Of a stretch of 64,000 bases of DNA, positions 57,059 to 64,000 are shown in pieces. This DNA comes from Halarcobacter sp. (GTDB lineage Bacteria; Campylobacterota; Campylobacteria; Campylobacterales; Arcobacteraceae). Under the pieces are notes generated by a model that worked only from the letters and a program-made list of their open reading frames with translations, did not search any database and had not been told where the DNA came from. The stretch lies in contig OY781089.1 in NCBI GenBank assembly GCA_963676565.1, positions 1,984,001 through 2,048,000 on the forward strand, given 5' to 3'. How positions within the stretch are numbered: the stretch's first letter is position 1; each line of letters begins with the position of its first letter. A program made the position numbers and the translations under genes.

Positions 57059-58117
57059 ATGATAAAAGTAAATGAACACAAAACAAATAATAGTCCACGT
57101 TTTTTAATGGTTTTATCAGTACCATTAATTCTTTTTTTAATATTATTATTGGGATACAATAGTTTTATTCCATTAAAAGCTGAACTACATTCAATAGTTA
57201 TAATCTTCTTTATACTTATAATATTTATTTCATTTATTACACATAATGCTTGGTATTCTTTTGCACAGTATAAAAACACAATTTATGATGTTATTGAAGA
57301 GGTTGACAGCTATCTTAATCAAAACCAATTAGTTTTAGCTGGGAAGAAAAAAGCCTTAGCAAATATAGAACCATTTTTTCAAAAACATTTTGAAGAGATT
57401 AGAAATGATAATTTTGCAAGTATTGCAACATCTATTTTCCCAACCCTTGGTATTTTAGGAACTTTTTTAGCCATAGCTATCTCAATGCCAGATTTTACTG
57501 TTGAATCAAAAGAGGCTTTAGAGACTGAAATCACAGTTTTACTAAGTGGCGTTGGAACTGCTTTTTATGCTTCTATTTATGGTATTTTCTTATCAATATG
57601 GTGGGTTTTCTTTGAAAAAAGAGGATTAACAAAAATTGAAAGTGAAATGAATGATATTAAATCACAATATAAAGAGCTAATTTGGGAAAAAGAGGAGATT
57701 GAGTTATATAAAATTTTAGAAGCACAAGAGCAAAACCAAAAATTTATTGAAAAAATTGAAAATGTTGTTACACCTGAATATATAAGTAAGCTTGATAAAA
57801 TTGCCCAAGAAAAAATTGATAAAATACATGCCTTAGATGAAGAGTACAAAGTTAGTGAACAAAGATTAACAAAAAACCTAGCTTCTTTAGGAAAAGTTTT
57901 TGAATTAACTTCAATAAAACAAAATGAGTTATTAGAGAGTTTTGAAAAGATAGAAAACTCATTAAGCAAGTCAAGTGAAGTTTTTGAAAAAAGTGTAAAT
58001 GAACAAAAATCTAATTCTAAAGCTTTAAATAGTGAAATATATTCTGTTTTATCATCTTTTGAATTAGTTTCAAGGGATTTAAAAACCTTAGGGAAAGATT
58101 TGATTGATGCAAAATAA
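57059..58117 (+). CDS. MotA/TolQ/ExbB-family proton-channel protein with coiled-coil tail (ZorA-like)
   Basis: FPTLGILGTF...GVGTAFYASIYGI TM pair; long helical C-terminus; ATG 57059 with AAGGAG. Confidence 0.85.
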   Translation: MIKVNEHKTNNSPRFLMVLSVPLILFLILLLGYNSFIPLKAELHSIVIIFFILIIFISFITHNAWYSFAQYKNTIYDVIEEVDSYLNQNQLVLAGKKKALANIEPFFQKHFEEIRNDNFASIATSIFPTLGILGTFLAIAISMPDFTVESKEALETEITVLLSGVGTAFYASIYGIFLSIWWVFFEKRGLTKIESEMNDIKSQYKELIWEKEEIELYKILEAQEQNQKFIEKIENVVTPEYISKLDKIAQEKIDKIHALDEEYKVSEQRLTKNLASLGKVFELTSIKQNELLESFEKIENSLSKSSEVFEKSVNEQKSNSKALNSEIYSVLSSFELVSRDLKTLGKDLIDAK

Positions 58118-59294
58118 AAACAATAATAATACTAATTTTTGGATATCTTATGCTGATTTAATGGCAGGACTTCTTTTTGTTTTTATCCTTTTAATTGGTG
58201 CAATTATTGTTAAATATTCTTTACTGCAAAGTGAATCAAAGCAGTTAGAACAAAATCTTCATAAAGAAAAACTTGCATTAGAAAAAAACAAAGAAGAATT
58301 AGAGAGAAATAAACAAGAGTTAAATAAAAAAGAGGAAAAAATCAAAAATGTTTTGACTGATTTATCTTCATTGGAAATAAAATATAAAAAAACAAAAGAG
58401 GATTTAAAAAATTCACTTATATTAAATGAAGAGTACAAAGCACAAATTAAAAATAAAGAAGAGTTATTAGTAAAAAGTCAAAAAAGTATTGATGATTTAA
58501 AAGATAATATAAATGAAACTAAATTAAAATTAGACATAAGCTTGAAAGAAAAAGAGCAATTAGCTTTGTCTGTTCAAGAGTTAACGGAACTTTCAAAACA
58601 AAAAGATCAAAAACTAGATGAACTACTTGAAGAGGTTTTAGCTAAAAGAACTTTAATTGAGTCTTTTGAAAATAAAACTAAAACATTAAATGATGAAATC
58701 GCTTTAATGACCCAAAAACTTAAAACTTCGGAAAAACTTCATGATAAATTATCTACTCAATTACAAAACACGAGAGACAAAATAAAAAGTTTTACAGGTA
58801 TTAAAGTAAAAGTTATAACCTTACTTAAAAAAAGTTTGGGAGATAAAATACAAATTGATCCTAAAAATGGAAGCTTAAGATTGTCATCAAAGGTTTTATT
58901 TGACGAGGGTGAATATATATTAAAAGAGGATTCAAAAAGTGCTTTAAAAAGTGCATTATATGATTATTTTCAAACAATTTTAGATAACAATGAGATAAAT
59001 AAACATATTGATAAAATAGTAATTGAAGGGCATACAAACTCTAAGGGAACTTATCTTTATAATTTAGAATTATCTCAAAAAAGAGCATTTTCAGTTATGG
59101 ACTTTTTATTAACCCTTGATTTTAATAACCATGAAAATCTAAAAGAGTTAATACTTGCAAGTGGAAGGTCATTTTTAGACCCAATTTATAAAGAGGATGG
59201 AACTGAAGATAGTGATGCCTCAAGAAGAATTGAGATAAAACTTAGACTTAAAAATGAAGAGGCAATTAAAGAGATTAGTAAACTTTTACAATAA
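58107..59294 (+). CDS. MotB/OmpA-family protein with long coiled coil (ZorB-like)
   Basis: FWISYADLMAGLLFVFILL TM with conserved Asp; IEGHT, NLELSQKRA, SRRIEI. Confidence 0.88.
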   Translation: MQNKNNNNTNFWISYADLMAGLLFVFILLIGAIIVKYSLLQSESKQLEQNLHKEKLALEKNKEELERNKQELNKKEEKIKNVLTDLSSLEIKYKKTKEDLKNSLILNEEYKAQIKNKEELLVKSQKSIDDLKDNINETKLKLDISLKEKEQLALSVQELTELSKQKDQKLDELLEEVLAKRTLIESFENKTKTLNDEIALMTQKLKTSEKLHDKLSTQLQNTRDKIKSFTGIKVKVITLLKKSLGDKIQIDPKNGSLRLSSKVLFDEGEYILKEDSKSALKSALYDYFQTILDNNEINKHIDKIVIEGHTNSKGTYLYNLELSQKRAFSVMDFLLTLDFNNHENLKELILASGRSFLDPIYKEDGTEDSDASRRIEIKLRLKNEEAIKEISKLLQ

Positions 59295-59364
59295 ACTTGT
59301 TTAACCTTTCATATATTTTTTTTCGATATAATCGCGTCAGATTAAGATAACGGAGTTTAGAAAT

Positions 59365-60960
59365 ATGGTTCAAGTAGTAAACTTAAAAAAAGCATTCGGA
59401 GCAAGAGTGCTTTTTCAAGATATAAATTTAAAACTAGATGTTGGGAAAAGATATGGTCTTATTGGCGCTAATGGTGCTGGTAAATCAACTTTTTTAAAGA
59501 TTCTTTGTGGTGAAGAGGATGCAACTGAAGGTGAAGTACAAGTACAAAATGGTAAAAAAGTTGGTACATTAAGCCAAAACCAATTTGCATATGAAGAGTA
59601 TAGCTTATTTGATACTGTTCTTTTAGGAAATAAAAGATTATATGATGCAGTAAAAGAAAAAGAAGAACTTTATATGAGTCCTGAGTTTACTGATGAAGTA
59701 AACAATAGACTTGCAGAATTAGAGATAATCTCTGTTGAAGAGGATCCAACATATGAATATGATATTAAGATTACAAAGATTCTAGAGGACTTAGGTTTTC
59801 CAGCATCAATGCATCAAAATTTAATGAGTTCATTAACAGGTGGAGATAAATTTAAAGTTTTACTTGCACAGGTTTTATTCCCAAGACCTGATATTTTATT
59901 CTTAGATGAGCCTACGAATAACCTTGATATTAAAACAATTGGATGGTTAGAAAACCAATTACAACACCATAATGGTACAATGGTTGTTATCTCTCACGAT
60001 AGACACTTCTTAAATGCAGTTTGTACACATATTCTTGATGTTGACTTTAAACAAATTAGAGAGTTTACAGGTAATTATGATGATTGGTATATCGCTTCAA
60101 CAGTATTGGCAAAACAACAACAAGCTGATATGAATAAAAAACAAAAAGAGAAAGAGGAATTAGAAAAATTCATCGCAAGATTCTCTGCAAATGCTTCAAA
60201 AGCTAAACAAGCAACTTCTAGACAAAAACAACTTGATAAACTTGATTTAGGTGCAATTCAAATTTCAAGTAGAAGAGACCCTTCAATTATTTTTAGACAA
60301 AAAAGAGAAGTTGGTAAAGAATTACTTTTTGTTAATAATATCACAAAATCATATGATGGAAATTTAGTATTAAATGATATCTCTTTTTCATTGGAAAAGG
60401 GTGATAAAATTGCATTAATTGGACCAAATGGTATTGGTAAAACTACATTATGTGAAATTTTAGTTGGAAATGTTGAAGCTGATTCTGGTGATGTTCACTG
60501 GGGAGCAACTATTCAAAATGGATATTTCCCACAAAATGCAACAGATTTAATCAAAGGTGATATGACATTATATGATTGGTTAAGAGGTTTTGACAGAGAT
60601 GCAGATATTGCTGAGATTAGAAACTGTTTAGGTAGAATGTTATTTAATGGTCAAGAACAAGAAAAACAAGTAAAATCTTGTTCAGGTGGGGAAAAGCACA
60701 GAATGATGCTTTCAAAAATCATGTTAGAACAACCTAACTTTATGGTTTTAGATGAACCAACAAACCACTTAGACCTAGAAGCAATTATTGCACTTGGTGA
60801 AGGATTATTAGAATATCCTGGTTCTGTTATTTGTGTATCGCACGATAGGGAATTACTAGATGCTTTTGCAAATAGAATTATTGAAATTCAAGAAGATGGG
60901 TCAATTATTGATTTTAAAGGTTCTTACGAAGAGTTTATAGAAAGTAAAGAAGAGGCATAA
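59365..60960 (+). CDS. ABC-F family ATP-binding protein (YbiT-like)
   Basis: Two ABC cassettes (GANGAGKST, GPNGIGKTT), DEPTNNLD/DEPTNHLD, no TM. Confidence 0.93.
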   Translation: MVQVVNLKKAFGARVLFQDINLKLDVGKRYGLIGANGAGKSTFLKILCGEEDATEGEVQVQNGKKVGTLSQNQFAYEEYSLFDTVLLGNKRLYDAVKEKEELYMSPEFTDEVNNRLAELEIISVEEDPTYEYDIKITKILEDLGFPASMHQNLMSSLTGGDKFKVLLAQVLFPRPDILFLDEPTNNLDIKTIGWLENQLQHHNGTMVVISHDRHFLNAVCTHILDVDFKQIREFTGNYDDWYIASTVLAKQQQADMNKKQKEKEELEKFIARFSANASKAKQATSRQKQLDKLDLGAIQISSRRDPSIIFRQKREVGKELLFVNNITKSYDGNLVLNDISFSLEKGDKIALIGPNGIGKTTLCEILVGNVEADSGDVHWGATIQNGYFPQNATDLIKGDMTLYDWLRGFDRDADIAEIRNCLGRMLFNGQEQEKQVKSCSGGEKHRMMLSKIMLEQPNFMVLDEPTNHLDLEAIIALGEGLLEYPGSVICVSHDRELLDAFANRIIEIQEDGSIIDFKGSYEEFIESKEEA

Positions 60961-60969
60961 GCCTTTTCT
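60948..60969. terminator. Bidirectional terminator
   Basis: AGAAGAGGC-ATAA-GCCTTTTCT at convergent gene ends. Confidence 0.6.
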
Positions 60970-61449
60970 TTAATGAATATGTATCGCATGCCTAGAAGAC
61001 ATTCTTTGTTCTCTTCTTTTTATGGCATCTTGATATCTTCTTTTTTCATCTTCTGTTTGAGGTTCTAATTTAGGAACTGATACTGCTTCACCTTCTTCAT
61101 CCACTGCAACCATTGTAAAGTAGCAGACATTTGTATTTTTGATAGTATGGTCTTTGATATCTTCTGAAATTACTTTAATACCAATCTCCATTGAGGTTCT
61201 TCCAGTATAATTTACCGATGCATGAAAAGTTACAAGTGAGCCAATTTTTATAGGGTCTTTAAATAGCACCATATCAACAGATAATGTTACTGCATAAGTT
61301 TCAGTATATCTAGCAGCACATGCATATGCCACTTGGTCCAACATTTTAAGAATCTCACCACCATGTACATTTTTACCAGTAAAATTTGCTTTTTCTGGTG
61401 TCATTAACATAGTCATTGTTAATGATTTTTCTCTTTTCTTTCCATTCAT
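60970..61449 (-). CDS. Acyl-CoA thioesterase (YciA/HotDog fold)
   Basis: NVHGGEILKMLD, VTLSVD, GRTSMEI, FTMVAVD. Confidence 0.92.
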   Translation of the reverse strand: MNGKKREKSLTMTMLMTPEKANFTGKNVHGGEILKMLDQVAYACAARYTETYAVTLSVDMVLFKDPIKIGSLVTFHASVNYTGRTSMEIGIKVISEDIKDHTIKNTNVCYFTMVAVDEEGEAVSVPKLEPQTEDEKRRYQDAIKRREQRMSSRHAIHIH

Positions 61450-61671
61450 TTTTTTACCTTTTTAGATAATTAGTTTATTATAAAATAATTGGATATAAAA
61501 AAAGATGATTTTTTAGTAATTATTTTATAATTTTTCAAAACTATATAAAAAGGTAACATCATAACTTATTGTATAATTGCATCTTATAATTTTAAATTTT
61601 GAAAAATTGATACTTTAATGATACACTTCTTTGTTATTATAAAATTATAAATGATTAATTAAGGATTTATT

Positions 61672-64000
61672 ATGAAGTCAAAAAGCCTACAGAAAATATT
61701 ATCAGTTCATTTTTTTAGATATTCATTAATACCAATTTTTGTTGTAGAAGTTACATTATTAATTATGTACTTTTCTATAAATGCTTATATCTCATCTAAA
61801 AATACTGATCTTTTATTAAATGAAGCACAATCTCATACTCAAGAGGTTTTAAAAAGTGAATCTATTATTATAAGTGATAAATTGGAAGAGGTTAGTAGAT
61901 TAGCTAAAATCTTACAATTTGAACATCAAGAATTATTTAAAAAACCATATAATTTTACACTTCCAAATGAGTTGCCAAGTTTTGATGTAGCCCAAAATGG
62001 AGTTTTTTACAAAACAAATAAAGTAGGTTCATCTTTATATTATTCTTCAAAAACTAACATTACACAAGAACAAAAAGATAAAGCAACCTTTACAGAATCT
62101 ATGGACACTAACTTTAAAAGTATAGTTGATACAAACCCTAATATTGTTGCAGCATATTTTAACTCATGGGATGATATGAATAGACTTTATCCTTTTATAG
62201 ATGACGTGTATACGCAATACGGTCCCCATATTCATATGGAAGATTATAATTTTTATTTTTTAGCAGACAAAAAACATAATCCAAAAAAACAACCTGTTTG
62301 GACTGGAGCATATTTAGATCCTGCAGGAAATGGTTGGATGTTATCTTGTATCGTACCTATTTATAATGGTGATTTTTTAGAAGGTGTTACAGGTATTGAT
62401 ATAACAATTGATAGTTTTGTAAAGAATATTTTAAATAGAAAACTACCTTATAATGCAAACATTTTTATGGTTGATAAAGAGGGTATGATTATTGCGATGA
62501 ATGAAAAAATAGAGAATCTATTGGGATTAAAAGAGTTAAAAGAACATCTATATACCGATGCGATATTAAAAACAATAGAAAAACCAGAAGAGTTTAGTAT
62601 CTTAAAAAATAAAAGCCCATTTGCTTCTCATTTTAAAAAATTAATTGAAAATGATAGCGAAATCTCTTCTTTAAGAATTAAAGATAGTGAATATTTAACA
62701 CTACAACAAAATGTTGATGAAACTGAGTGGAAACTAATGATTTTAGTAGATAAAAATGAAATCTTTAAATCAATTAATGAATTAAAAAATCTATCTGATA
62801 AAATAGGTTATTATGCAATTGGCTTATTACTTTTATTTTATGTTATATTCTTCTATTTACTATTAAGAAGAATAAATATTTTTTCAAAAACTATTACAGA
62901 ACCAGTTGCAAAACTTTCTGAACAAACTTCTATGATTAAAGATGCAAGTAAAACAAAGGTTGAACTTGTAGAGACTGATGTCTTAGAGATGCAACAGTTA
63001 AATGAAAACTTTTCAAACATGATAAATGAGTTAAGTATTAAAACAAAAGAGTTATACAAGGCTGTTAATATTGCAGAAGAACTATCTAAGGCAAAAGATG
63101 AGTTTTTAGCTAATATGAGTCATGAATTAAAAACACCATTAAATTCTATTAATTTAATCAGTTCTATTATGCTTAAAAATAAAAAAGGGAATTTGGAAGG
63201 TAAAGATTTAGATAGTTTAAAGGTTATTAATAACTCTGGGAATGACTTACTCTTTTTGATAAATGATGTTCTAGATATTTCAAAACTTGAAGCTGGTGAG
63301 ATAAAATTAAAATTTGTAGATATAAAATTATGTGAATTTATTAGTGAGATTTATAATGGATTTAAAGCTCAAATGCAAGAGAAGAATTTAGATTTTACTG
63401 TTAATTGTGATAACTCAATTGGGTATATATATTCAGATGAAGATAGAATAAAACAAATAGTAAAAAATCTACTTAGTAATGCCCTTAAATTTACTGATAG
63501 TGGTCAAATTGGTATTAATGTAACATTAGATAATGATATATTAACTATTGAAGTGAAAGATACTGGTATTGGTATATCAAAAGATAAGTTAGAGTTTATC
63601 TTTGATAGATTTAAACAAGTTGATGCAAGTACAACAAGAAAATATGGGGGAACTGGTTTAGGGCTTTCAATCTCAAAACAACTTGCAAATCTACTTGGTG
63701 GAGATATTAGTGTTGTAAGTAATGAGGGTATTGGTTCAGTATTTAAAGTTACAATCCAAGCTAATAAAAATAAAATAAATGAAGAGTTGTTAGAACAAAA
63801 TAGAGATTTACATATAAGAAGAAAAGAGAAAGTAATTGTTTTTAATAATGATCCAGTAAATTTTATAACCTTAGTTGTTAAACTTAAAAAAGATTATGAA
63901 ATTGAAATCTTAAACACTTACAATGAGTTTTTATATAAAATAGAAAATGAAAAATATAAATATATTATTGTAGATGCTTCAGATTTAAAACATTTTGAAC
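61672..64000 (+). CDS. Cache-HAMP hybrid sensor histidine kinase, 3'-truncated by window edge (absent from ORF track)
   Basis: ATG 61672 with AAGGA; WTGAYLDPAG Cache motif, FLANMSHELKTPLN, NLLSNALKFT, DTGIG, YGGTGLGL; degenerate REC-like start at the end. Confidence 0.93.
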   Translation, partial: MKSKSLQKILSVHFFRYSLIPIFVVEVTLLIMYFSINAYISSKNTDLLLNEAQSHTQEVLKSESIIISDKLEEVSRLAKILQFEHQELFKKPYNFTLPNELPSFDVAQNGVFYKTNKVGSSLYYSSKTNITQEQKDKATFTESMDTNFKSIVDTNPNIVAAYFNSWDDMNRLYPFIDDVYTQYGPHIHMEDYNFYFLADKKHNPKKQPVWTGAYLDPAGNGWMLSCIVPIYNGDFLEGVTGIDITIDSFVKNILNRKLPYNANIFMVDKEGMIIAMNEKIENLLGLKELKEHLYTDAILKTIEKPEEFSILKNKSPFASHFKKLIENDSEISSLRIKDSEYLTLQQNVDETEWKLMILVDKNEIFKSINELKNLSDKIGYYAIGLLLLFYVIFFYLLLRRINIFSKTITEPVAKLSEQTSMIKDASKTKVELVETDVLEMQQLNENFSNMINELSIKTKELYKAVNIAEELSKAKDEFLANMSHELKTPLNSINLISSIMLKNKKGNLEGKDLDSLKVINNSGNDLLFLINDVLDISKLEAGEIKLKFVDIKLCEFISEIYNGFKAQMQEKNLDFTVNCDNSIGYIYSDEDRIKQIVKNLLSNALKFTDSGQIGINVTLDNDILTIEVKDTGIGISKDKLEFIFDRFKQVDASTTRKYGGTGLGLSISKQLANLLGGDISVVSNEGIGSVFKVTIQANKNKINEELLEQNRDLHIRRKEKVIVFNNDPVNFITLVVKLKKDYEIEILNTYNEFLYKIENEKYKYIIVDASDLKHFE

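Noticed and set aside
57059..59294. Complete Zorya anti-phage system
   Set aside because: No ZorC/D/E-like helicase or nuclease gene adjacent; housekeeping flanks

Overview
Very AT-rich chromosomal window from a Campylobacterota bacterium, most likely Arcobacteraceae (inferred from gene content and protein style; no database search was possible). 1-9.3 kb is a formate dehydrogenase maturation and W/Mo/Se cluster: end of fdhC, fdhD, a split ModE-like regulator, a degenerate NifS-like protein, moeA, tupABC, yedF and selD. selD really starts at 8282 and reads through an in-frame UGA (selenocysteine) with a SECIS-like hairpin, which the ORF track misses. The most striking feature is a minus-strand, operon-like light-sensing block at 15.3-24.8 kb: LOV-PAS-PAS-GGDEF*-EAL, biliverdin-producing heme oxygenase, a bacteriophytochrome with only the PAS-GAF-PHY photosensory core, a CheB-CheR fusion with NEEL heptads, and a PAS-PAS-GGDEF-EAL enzyme. 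The rest holds a split Aer-like chemoreceptor, mutS2, a DUF748/AsmA-like protein with seven 42-aa repeats, a LysR/YeiH/TauE unit, dapE, and a small defence-like islet (ATPase-nuclease, gene remnant, toxin-first hipA/antitoxin). It also holds several c-di-GMP enzymes, redox/detox genes, thiI, a MotA/OmpA (ZorAB-like) pair, an ABC-F protein, a thioesterase and a histidine kinase running off the right edge. No rRNA, tRNA, CRISPR array, integrase or transposase was recognised.
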